The position numbers and the translations under genes are program-made. The notes under the pieces were generated by a model. The model was given only the letters and a program-made list of their open reading frames with translations, was not told where the DNA came from and did not search any database. From Azolla caroliniana (Eukaryota; Plantae; Polypodiophyta), in NCBI GenBank assembly GCA_043228905.1, contig JBHGNT010000001.1, positions 24,862,001-24,926,000 of the forward strand: 64,000 bases of DNA. Reading direction: 5' to 3'. Shown here in pieces: positions 49,101-59,763 of this stretch; the stretch's first letter is position 1; each line of letters starts with the position of its first letter.

Positions 49101-50323
49101 TAGCTTCATCCTTTTCTAACTGTAATAAAAAAGAACAAATTTTGGAGAGATTTCATCAATGTATATATAATTTGGGTTTATGATATGGAAAAGTTTTATC
49201 AACTCCCAGCTTAACCTAGTGACCAAACAAACAAAGATACATGTAGAGAGAGAGACCATAAAGTTAGCAGTTGTGATACTATAATCATAGCCTCCTGCCC
49301 TCTTTGACCATGCAATTAAGATCCCCTGTGAGCTTGTTAAGATGGTAAGTGCAAGCGTGACCATGGACCTTTTCACATACAACGAAAACATCAATTACTT
49401 TGTTGTCACATTAAGGGGAGATATCAGTATGTAAAAATAATCGGTTACTTGCGCTTCCATTCTGACACGCTTGAATGAGCATCATTGAACTTGATATCCA
49501 CATGAAGGGAATCTGCAATGGCATGTATTCATTATGTGTAAAATGCACAAGGGAGAATTTAATATAAAAGTTCAAGGGAGGGAGGATATAAAATAAGTGG
49601 ATTTAGGGAATAGACTTTAAGATTCAGTAAACAAGTCATGACATCAATGATAGAAAGAGAAACTCTTAACGTTCTTTTCACTCTATGCGTAATACATATT
49701 CAAAACAGAGTTTCAGAATAAATTTGTAAATACCAATACTAAAGCTCTTCAAAGGCTTCAAAGCCAATTTCTTTTTGTAGGATGAATGTAAAAGGGATCA
49801 AACTTGAAGCTAGTTAAGATCCAAGAACAGTTTTGCACTTAATAGACATCCAAGCAAACAGTTTGATAAAGAATTTGTTGATGCTGAGAGAAAGCTCGAG
49901 AAATGCTTACTTCAAGGAGGTTTCTTTCTGTAGAAAAAAAAACTCTTGAATCCTGATGAAGACTCGCATGGAGTGATGCACACTATATGCAATAAAACAA
50001 ACAGTTTGGGAAGAAAATTTCAAAATGCAGCGATACCAAATCAATGAAAAAAAATAAAATTTGAAGCAATGCTGTGATGCAAACTCATTTCTAACAAACG
50101 GTATCAGAAGAAACCTTTAAAATGCAGCAATCTAAAATCATTTCAAACAAAAGAAATAGTGAAAATGCTGCAGAATATTGGAAATGCTAGCTGAAATGAA
50201 AGTATTTCCATGTCGGAGAAAAGAGAAACAGATGTAAAAAGAAAGAACAAAAACTCGAAGCGTACCATCTTCCTTTTTGTCCAGCTCGGGGATCCTGGTG
50301 CCCAGAAGCATCTTCTCGGTCAT
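43165..50323 (-). CDS. Nucleotide-sugar transporter (CMP-sialic acid transporter-like, SLC35A type); 14 exons; 343 aa
   Basis: Exons 50266-50323, 49449-49512, 49257-49368, 47065-47144, 46067-46142, 45102-45202, 44936-45007, 44775-44823, 44420-44461, 44175-44296, 44016-44075, 43640-43688, 43328-43422, 43165-43216. Motifs LTILTSSQGILIAWSKRAG, YQILKNLNI, SGFAGVYTE, MKYADNIVKVYSTS. Phases are consistent. Confidence 0.93.
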
Positions 50324-50432
50324 CTCGGAGAGGCAGCAGGGACGAATGTGAGCGATCTGTTGATCTGTACAGTGATGTCGAGGAGCGAGGCGGAGCTACT
50401 TGGGTTGGGGGGTATGGCGCTCTTCTGGCTTA

Positions 50433-50525
50433 TGTTAAATTTTTCAGTAAAAGAAGTAGAAAGGGAGTAGTATGTATGTAGTTGTACATATAATAGACAG
50501 ACACAATCACAACATAGTCACAAAG
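50433..50525. repeat. ~90-bp direct repeat, second copy at 58768-58857 (putative long LINE TSD)
   Basis: TGTTAAATTTTTCA.TAAAAGAAGTA.AAAGGGAGTAGTATGT...ACATATAATAGACAGACACA at both sites. Confidence 0.85.
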
Positions 50526-51261
50526 ATAGAGATAGATAGATAGGTAGATTATATTATCGTCTTCGGAGGTCAAATATGGCCCATTAGACCCAAAAATATT
50601 ACATTTCACGTTGTCGCGTTGTTACGCGCGTGCATGGAGAAACGAGGCGGGACCACCGGGGTCTTGAACCGAAGAGCAGGCGATAGGAGGGGAAAGAGAA
50701 AGAGAGAGACGACCGGTTACGTATGAGCAAAGAAACACAGGGACACGGCCCGTCAACGCAGAAGACACGAATGGACACAGAGACAGAGAGACACGAATGT
50801 TTGTATATTAACAAATGACACAAAAACAACAGAGCACGCGAGCGGTTACAACCGAATAGTCCGGCGAACAGATGTCGATGCCTGCTCGTCTGCGCACAAA
50901 AGGGGATAGGATGGAGGTGCTGTCGGAAGCACACGGGCGTTCCTCGAAGCAGCGCGAGCCTCCCGAAAACCTGCAGAGAAGAGCAATAGAGAACAAACAG
51001 AGGAGAAGTATTCGGTTACGGTCCGACAGCACTTCGTCCTCCTCAATGCGCGATCCCTTTCTCCCCGCGTCTCCCTCTCTTTTATAACTTCAAGAAGGGA
51101 GCCGTTTCCCTCATTAACTTCCTACCTACCGAATGTAACTACCTAGGATATGCCTTTGTACTTAATTCTCTATTATATACATTAAAGGGCGCGCACGCGT
51201 GAAGAGCCGGTTCACGCGCGCTATGCACCGATTGCTCTAAGGGACGGTTTTCTTCACGACA

Positions 51262-54200
51262 TCCGCCCCCACCTAACCACGCATCCACCGGTATGCGCCA
51301 AATTTGGGTTCTGGTTGGAGGAAACCGGTCCAGGTTCTGGTTCCTCGTCCATCGGTTCGTCCTCCGTCTCGGACTGTTTGTCGTCGTTGTCCAGGCCTCT
51401 TAGATCCGGTTCGCCGTCGTGGCGCTTCTTGAACGCTTTGATCCGCTTCCCTGCTACTGGTATCGCCATCCTCGTACCGTCGAGTTCCGCTAGGTGATAC
51501 GTCCCGTTGTCGTTGGCGCTCGTTACCACGTAAGGTCCGAACCACCGCTTTGCAAACTTCTGTGTTGCTCGGTGCTGGTTGTCGAGGCTGTTGTCGTAGA
51601 CTAGCACCCAGTCGCCTTCCTCGATTTTCTTTGGTCGGAGTCGGTGCGTTCGGTCGAACCGGGCTTTGTTCCTCATCCTCACCGTCCGAAGTCTCTCCGC
51701 CGCTCATTCCACGTCCTCTGGCCTCCGCTCGAGCTGCCGTATACGCGTCGCTAGCAGTTCTTCCCGACTCATCTCGTCTCTCCGGTCCACTGTCGCCCAA
51801 AGAGGAGATCGTCCGTTCCATCGGCATGATTGGCTTCTATCCAAACATGAGCTCGGACGGCATGAACCCGGTTACCGAACTGTGCGTTGTCCGGTCCGCC
51901 CACAAGGCATAGGGTAACAGTCGTGGCCAGTTCCCAACCTGGCCTCCACATGCCCGGACTAGCGCTTTGACGATCGGTCCGTGTCCGCGCTCCACCTTCC
52001 CGTTCGCCTCCGGATTGTATGCTGTGGTGAGCGAGAGCTTGACCCCTAACCGGTCGAACAGCTCCTCGGCCTCTTTGGCGTCCAACTCCCCGCGGTCAGC
52101 CACGATCTTCCCGACACACCCGTACCGGCATATCACGTCCTCGATCAGGAACCGACACACGGCCTCGGTCGTTTTGTTTTGCAGGGCTCGGCCTTCCACC
52201 TGGTTCGTCAGGTTCTCCCGGGCCAGCACCAGATATCGCATCTACCCTATGCCCATCGGCATTGTCACCAAATCTACCATCCATTTGAAGTGGATGGCCG
52301 AAGGGTATGTAGGGTGAAGCTCATCCCGATGTCGGACTATGGAGTGTATCTGACAGCTCTCACAAGTTGTCACGAACTGATGCATGTCCCGGTACAGTCC
52401 CGACCACCAGTACTTCCCCTTTAGTTTCTTGAACGTGGCCCACGTCCCACGGTGTCCAGCCCAGGGGCTGTCGTGGTAGGCCTTCAACAACTCCTCCTGT
52501 TCCTCCTTCATCGCCACTACTCGGAGCGGGATGTCGTTTCTCTTCTTCGGGTGCTTCCACAAGTATCCATCCCGGAGAAAGAATCGGTATGCTTTCTTCC
52601 GGATCCGGTTGGCCTCGTTCTTTGTCCATGACGCGTCCGGCGTCATCGTCCTTAAGAATCCTCCAAACTGCAGCCACTCCCCGTCGTACTTGCTCTCGTT
52701 AAAATCGTTAAGTGTCGGAGTGCTCCCCCCCTCGGTTGTTACGTAAGCCGCCTCGAAGAAGTCCACGCCTACTTCCTCGTCCTCCGAAACCATGCTGCCC
52801 TCGTCGTCGAATCGCGCCCTCGAAAGCATGTCGGCCATGGCATTGTCTTTTCAGGAAATGTGTTGTATTTCCGGATCTAGGGACTTGATGTACGCTATCC
52901 ACCTGAGCATTGCCAGGTCCGGGGTTGCGCATCCGGAAACCATGCCGAGAATCGGCAGGCAGTCCGTCTCGATAATCACCTCTGTCCCGATAAGATAGTC
53001 TTTATCAGCCTTCACCGCTGAAACGATACCCCAGAGTTCGCGTTTAACCTGGGCGTATCCTCGCTGTCGCTCGCTGAGCACCTTCGCGCCGAACCGGATT
53101 GGGAACCGAATGCCGTCCTCATCTTCTTGGTTGACGACCCATCCGATCCCGGTCGGACTTGTATCTACCGTTATGTAGATAGGAGTGCCTTTCTCGTAGA
53201 CAGCCTTCTGGAGTGCCGGAGCTGCAGCAAGAGCCTCCTTCATCTTCCGGACCGACTCCGCATGCTCGTCTCGCCACTCGAATTTTCGCCCCTTTTTCAG
53301 CAACCCGTATAGCGGCTCGGCAACGTGGGCGTAATGCGGGATCCATATGTGGTAGAACGCGCATGCTCCCAAGAACCTCCGTACCTCCGTGACCGAGTTA
53401 CAGTCAGGCTTCATTGCGGAGATGGCTTCCACCTTAGCCGGAGACGGTTTCCAGCCATACAGTCCGCATAGATGTCCGACGACCATGATCTCTGATTGCC
53501 CGAAGGCCGATTTCTCCTCGGAGAAGGTGAGCCTTGCGTCCTCTAGCCTCTACAGCACCCTCTCGCAGTCGTCAATGTGTGTCATCACAAATTTCCGGCA
53601 TCCGTCCGGTCTGATCGTTTCGTCCTTGTCCTCCACCGGACATCCCTTGATTGGGATATCGTCCAAGAATGGCATGGTGACGTCCGGGATACAATCCCTC
53701 AGCACATTGTTCATTGCATTCACCATGTGGGCCACCGAGTTCGTCCCTCCTTGTGGCAGGGTGCACATCCGCACTAGGCCGAGAGGAGTCCGCATCGTCG
53801 TAATATCTCTGCTCTCTACGGCTAGTTGGAACTGATTGTACCCCGAGTACAGATCACCGATCGAGTAGATCGACCTTCCGGCGAAGGCCTCTGCGAACTC
53901 GTCTATCGTTGGTCCAATTCCTGCGTTCCGAATGGTCACTCTGTTGACCGGTTGCAGGTCTTGAATGAAGCGCAACGTCCCGTTCTTCTTCGGTACGGTA
54001 AACCACAGGTTCGAGTACAGGGCACTCGACGGTTCGAGGATGCCCATATCGACTTTCTGCCTCAACAGCTCCATCAGCTTCGGGATGTGAGCTCTCGGTA
54101 CCGGAATTGGTTTGAGATTCCACGGCACATGCGGTACTGTGAATATCACCATCGGCTTCACGACTGTCGGGTCTACGCACCCGATCTCTCCCGGTGAGAA

Positions 54201-57200
54201 TGCGAAGGCTTTCCCATGCCTTCCGAGCATTCTCCGAAACCAGTCTTCTTCCGCCGGTAGTAGGAACCCGCCCCCACCAATTTTGAGCTCTCGTAGCGTT
54301 CTGTCGGTGAAGGTGTGTCCTATGCAAGCCGGATCACGTAAACTGGGGTCCGATGCGACCCCCTTGATTCGCAACTCGCTGCCCTCCGGTAATGGTGCCG
54401 CGACTGGCCTTACCTTCCGGTCCACAGTCTTGTACTTCGTGTTAACCCGGGCCGTCCGATCCGACTCGAGCCCCCGACTGAAGTTCCCGATGACTTCGTA
54501 CATTTCTTCTGAACAAACCGGTATCGTCCGGTCCTCTTCAAGGCCCTCTCCGACCACCTCTCGCAGTATTCCCAAGGTATCGTCGAAGGAGACCGCCTCC
54601 ACGGCTCCGTTGATTTCCTCGTTGGGCCCGAGAACTCTGTTGGGAGACAGGTCCCTCCGGATGGGAAGGGAGAAGAACAGTGCCGACAAACAAACTCGGT
54701 CGAGGCCGATAGGCCGAGGCCGAAACGGTATGAGGAGAACCCGGCTACGGAGAGCCGGATGATGCAGGCCCGGTGTGAACCGGATGAGGAGTACCCGGCT
54801 ACGGAGAGCCGGATGGTGCAGGCCCGGTGTGAACCGGATGAGGAGTACCCGGCTACGGAGAGCCGGATGGTGCAGGCTCGGTGTGAACCAGATGAGGAGT
54901 ACCCGGTTACGGAGAGCCGGATGGTGCAGGCCCGGTGAGAACCGGAGGAAGAGACATATTCGTAAATATGTTTTCTGAGAGCCCATCGAGGCTATATTTG
55001 TAAAATAGCTGAAAAGTCATATTAGTATAAATATGACTTAGGGCAAACTCTTAGGGTGTTGTTGTCAATTTTCTGTATTACATGAGATTAGTGTGTGTAA
55101 CGTTGTACAGAGAGACAGAGAGAGAGAAAGAGGTTGCTGCCTCTGTTGTAACCGCCGCCTGTGGCGAAGATCGTGAGTCCGAGGTCGTTGCCTCCGTGTA
55201 CTCACTGTTTTGTACATTCATACATAGTGACAGTTTGCAGCCTGTGGGCTGCCGTGGTTTTTCCCATAGTTTGGGGTTTTCCACGTTAACCTCCTGTGTA
55301 CCATTTCTCTTCTTTGTGTCGTGTTCTATTTCCCGTTTTCTGTGTATGAAAAGAATCTCGGTTGTGGCCGAGTCTTGAGCATAAGGAACGACAAGTTCCC
55401 GTCAAACTCCGCACGCCCAAAGTCGCTCTTCCGCCCTTGTCTTTTCTCGGCCAACAACGCCAACTATCGTACACCCCCCATTGTCAGAGAAACAAAACTT
55501 CCTACTCAAGGTTTCTTCGGTTTCGCCTCTATCGTACATTTGTGGGGTTTTCTCGGAGTGTCCGGACTATCGCGGCCCCACGCCTTGACAACCCTCTCTA
55601 AAAATCCTCTCGGTTCTCGCCACCGAGGGACTCGCGGTTTCGCTCGTGGTTCGGTCGCACCGTCAGGAACTGGACCGAATGACGCCCGTCCTGACTCTTG
55701 ACCCTCAGTAAGCCGACCCGTTGTCCAGCACCTTGGTCTCCATTCGCGCTGCCGTAATGTACGGTTCTTCCAGTATGATCGGGTGCGAGGACGTCTCCTA
55801 CACAAAGAAGTGCTGGTCTATCTCGACGTCGTCGATCTTGACTCGCACGTTTGGGCAGGCCCCGTGTAGTTCCTCGGTGGCGCTCGTCGCCGCCCGTATC
55901 TTCCACCCGTGCTGGTGTTGATCGGCCATTTCCCCTTCTTGTGGAAGTCCATGGACATCAGGTTTATTTCCGAACCGTGGTCCACCAGCGCCACCACCAG
56001 TTCCTGAACATCCCCAATCTTCACCGGGGTTTCCGTGGTCGCTCGGGCCCAGTGTGGCCTCGAATAGTGGCTCTCTACCCACTCGTCTTCCAGCGCCATG
56101 TCCACTATGTGCGTTGTACGCACCTCCACCGGCCTTTCCGGTTCTGCCTCCGTCGACAGCCTCTTCCTCTTCACCAAGTCTACGATGGAGTCGTGGAACT
56201 CCTTCTTGGCGATTCCGAGCACCTCCCGCAACGACAGTTCCACCTTGCTGTCGAGGATTCGTTCTTCCAGGACCTTTCGTATGTCTGTGGTCCTTTCGAT
56301 CTCCGTGCCCAAACGGTATCCGCCCTTCTTGTGGTTATCCCGGGCACTGGACTCACCGGCCTCGTTCCGTTTCAGCCCGAATCGGGTTTCGTATCTCTGT
56401 GAGGGTCCAGCCCCTCCGGTTTTACCTACCCGTTTGTCTTCAACCAGAGCCTCGTAGTTCTGGCAAGCTGCCTCGACGAAACCCGTCTTTTCTTCGACCG
56501 GGTCACTCCACCCGGTTACCTCCTGGACCTGCTTCTCTGTGCGGTCTGCCTCATCTTTCTTTAGTCGGGCACCGGCGAGGCCTTCCAGTACCGTCGGCCA
56601 GAACCCGGCTTTGCTCTCCTTCCGGGCCTCGCTGCCTCCGACCCGAATACCGGCTGACGCTGAGTAGTGAACGGTCTCCGCGTGCCGGGCCGCCGCCTCT
56701 TCCATCAGCCTTTTCATTCCTCCTCGCCCGTCGTTTCGGTTCAGGGCCCTCCGGGTATCGCTGACGTGCACCCGACCTTCCCACTGGTACACTACCCGAC
56801 TTCTCAAAGCCTCCGTAAAGTCCCCGCAGTCTTTCCGGATGTGGCCGACCTCGTCGCACCACATGCACCTATTTCCTGCCGGAGGCCGTCGGTCACAAGC
56901 CTGATCGCCGCCTTCCCTCCGAGCCTGGGCGATCTGGAGATCTTTTACCGCCCGTGTCAACTCCTCCAAAGCTATCCCCCCGGACGAGCCTCTGATCACG
57001 CCGGTCGAAGCCGAACCGGTTTCGAGCCAGTCCCGGGTCTCTTCCCGTCGCGCCTGCGGTATCGGTTCAAGCTTCCTTGCTGCGATAGGACCTGCCCCGG
57101 TCGCCCCTGTATCAGCCCACTCCCACCGTTTGTCAAAACGGCCGCAGACTCTTTTTACCGCGGCCCAGTCGGCCGTCAGCCCATCTTCGGTTTCCACTAA

Positions 57201-57723
57201 GGAGCCCACTTGCTCTCGATCCCGTGCGTCAACAGATTTGACAAACAGTAGGACACGACTTGTGTCCAGAATGGTCCGATCGAGCGCCGAAAGGCGCGCA
57301 AAGCGATCCTCAAACTCCCGGAGGAGTGCCGACGCATTTCTTCCTTTGTTGGGGGACTCCACCCACTCCATGAAGCCCCGCTTCGAAAGTCGAAGCGCGT
57401 CATCCAGCCCCGTATTTCTCCAGGAGCCGTCCTTCGAACTCCTCCCAGGTCCGGCTCTCCACCCAGACCTCGAGCACCTCCGCATGGATGCTCGACATCG
57501 CCACTCGAGGGAATCCGGCAAGACGCCTCTCTTCCGGAATATCCCTCATCAACATCTCCGCCCGGTAGGACGCCAAATAACTCGTGGCATCCTTTCCACT
57601 GAACCGGCCGATCATACCGACGATCGCCTCAATAGCCCTGTCAAGGGCGCCGATGCCCTCGCGCGCGCTCACTATCCGGTCCACGGCCGAAGCCATGGCC
57701 TCTGCAAGATCCAACCCCCTCAT
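51262..57723 (-). pseudogene. Gypsy gag-PR-RT-RH-INT with stops, frameshifts and a solo-LTR insertion
   Basis: CMWCDEVGHIRKDC, ALVDHGSEINLM, LPQG...PFLDDIPIKG, ITVDTSPTGIG...IETDCLP, WAGHRG...CESCQ, YNPEANGKVERGH, WFGPY. No chromodomain is visible. Confidence 0.92.
54638..55404 (+). mobile_element. Solo LTR of the Tnt1-like Copia family with four 54-bp U3 repeats
   Basis: TG...CA termini and exact TSD AACTC (54633-54637, 55405-55409). Highly similar to 60650-61486. Confidence 0.93.
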
Positions 57724-58856
57724 CTTCTGCTCCTCTACCGCCTTGTCCACGTCGGGTTCACCAAATATGTCGCATTGTTACGCGCGTGCGTGGAGAAACG
57801 AGGCGGGACCACCGGGGTCTTGAACCGAAGAGCAGGCGATAGGAGGGGAAAGAGAAAGAGAGAGACGACCGGTTACGTATGAGCAAAGAAACACAGGGAC
57901 ACGGCCCGTCAACGCAGAAGACACGAATGGACATAGAGACAGAGAGACACGAATGTTTGTATATTAACAAATGACACAAAAACAACAGAGCACGTGAGCG
58001 GTTACAACCGAATAGTCCGGCGAACAGATGCCGATGCCTGCTCGTCTGCGCACAAAAGGGGATAGGATGGAGGTGCTGTCGGAAGCACACGGGCGTTCCT
58101 CGAAGCAGCGCGAGCCTCCCGAAAACCTGCAGAGAAGAGCAATAGAGAACAAACAGAGGAGAAGCGTTCCGTTACGGTCCGACAGCACTTCGTCCTCCTC
58201 AATGCGTGATCCCTTTCTCCCCGCGTCTCCCTCTCTTTTATAGCTTCAAGAAGGGAGCCGTTTCCCTCATTAACTTCCTACCTACCGAATGTAACTACCT
58301 AGGATATGCCTTTGTACTTAATTCTCTATTATATACATTAAAGGGCGCGCACGCGTGAAGAGCCGGTTCACGCGCGCTATGCACCGATTGCTCTAAGGGA
58401 CGGTTTTCTTCACGACAACGTTATACATGTGAAAGTGAGTAACGACTCTCAATGTTCGAGAACTTTACCAATGAATGTTGCTATCGAGAGTTCACATTGT
58501 GGTGGTTGTGAGAGAACTTCGTGCAAGGATTGGGCTTGGTCGAAGATGTGTGGAAAGCATGGTTGGATATGATCAAAGGCAGAGCAATTGTATCAAAGTG
58601 TGATACTCAAACTCTTGAACTTGTTTAGGGCAAAGTGTGCATAGTCGGCCACTCTCATCACTTGTGCCCCAACGCCCCGTCTCACATCTCAATGTATGCG
58701 AGCTAAGTCACATGGAAGCAATGGTTCGAATAGAAGCCAGCGGAATGGGCTCTGACATGTATCGATGTGTTAAATTTTTCAATAAAAGAAGTAAAAAGGG
58801 AGTAGTATGTACATATAATAGACAGACACAGTCAAATTGTCACATAGACAAAGAGA

Positions 58857-59763
58857 GAATGAATGAATGAATGAATGAAATATTAACGTCTTCTAAGACC
58901 AAAAATGGCCCATGAGACAATTGGTTTACAATAAAAATGGGGTATTTACCCATTCATCGAAAGTAAAAATAAAAAAAATAAAAAATAGAATAGAACTTCA
59001 GCTAAAGAGTTCTAGCAAAAAAAAACATGTTCTATAAGGAAATAACTTTATAATAGGCCTAGTTTCATTTCCATCCAAGTCTCTCGAAAAGAAGCAAGAG
59101 GTCAAAGGGTTTCGATGTGGAGGTGGCCCGTGGTCCCAATGGAAAAGATACTACAACCATAGCTGCTAGACGACGTAGCTCATGTTCCCTTATCTTCTTA
59201 ATTGTTTCTACTCCACGTCGTGTTGCTTTGAAGCCCGACATCCGAGGGTGTTTGGTTGTTCTTTGCATTTCTGCTTCATCAAGAGAGAGGCCTGAGTGGT
59301 GTAGGTGTGTCCACATTCATCGTCTCCCCTTCTTCCTGAAAAATTATATGAGTTACATGTTGGTGAATATGAAAATGATTATGGTTAACATTTTGTAGTT
59401 TTTCCTCCCTATGTTGTTTTAGCTCTAAGATATACCTACCTAGTCTCTTTATATCCGGGGTGTCTAATAGTTCGGAGAGGGTGGGAGAGGGTCCATATTT
59501 ATCTTGGTATTTCGCCCTTATCTCGGCATAAGTTGGACACTTGCATGTAAAGTGATACTCATCCTCTATCTCTATGTGACATAACCTACATAGCCTTTCC
59601 TCTCTAGGAACTCCATTAGTACAACCATTCTCAATCTCAAGTTGGTGAGATGATATCCTAAGTTGTCCAATGGTCACCCTTAGTGCATTTGTCAAGAATG
59701 TATCTAGATATTTTGGTCATGTAATAAAACCTAGCTTAGAGAAGTGCATGAAGTGTTCCTTAT
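58857..59763 (-). mobile_element. Second RTE-X-like LINE 3' fragment with a (GAAT)n tail
   Basis: ORF 59279..59695: GQLRISSHQLEIENG...ERLCRLCHIEIEDEYHFTCKCPTYAEIR. Shared 3'-end motif at about 58880-58915. Confidence 0.8.

Larger units (their letters stand above)
50612..58417 (-). mobile_element. Full-length Ty3/Gypsy element (ACGT lineage, formerly autonomous)
   Basis: 650-bp LTRs 50612-51261 and 57768-58417 (about 10 substitutions). Exact TSD ACGT (50608-50611, 58418-58421). tRNA-Trp PBS at 57748-57763 and PPT at about 51262-51275. Confidence 0.96.
50525..58767 (-). mobile_element. RTE-X-like LINE 3' fragment (50525-50611 plus 58422-58767) interrupted by a Gypsy element
   Basis: Minus-strand translation IASM*LSSHTLRCETGRWGTSDESGRLCTLCPKQVQEFEYHTLIQ. 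(GATA)n tail at about 50525-50548. Confidence 0.75.

Noticed and set aside
53550-54986. 478-aa ORF with an N-terminal 18-aa repeat fused to RT
   Set aside because: It is a chance in-frame fusion of the antisense solo-LTR repeats with the interrupted Gypsy pol. The AACTC TSD marks the junction.
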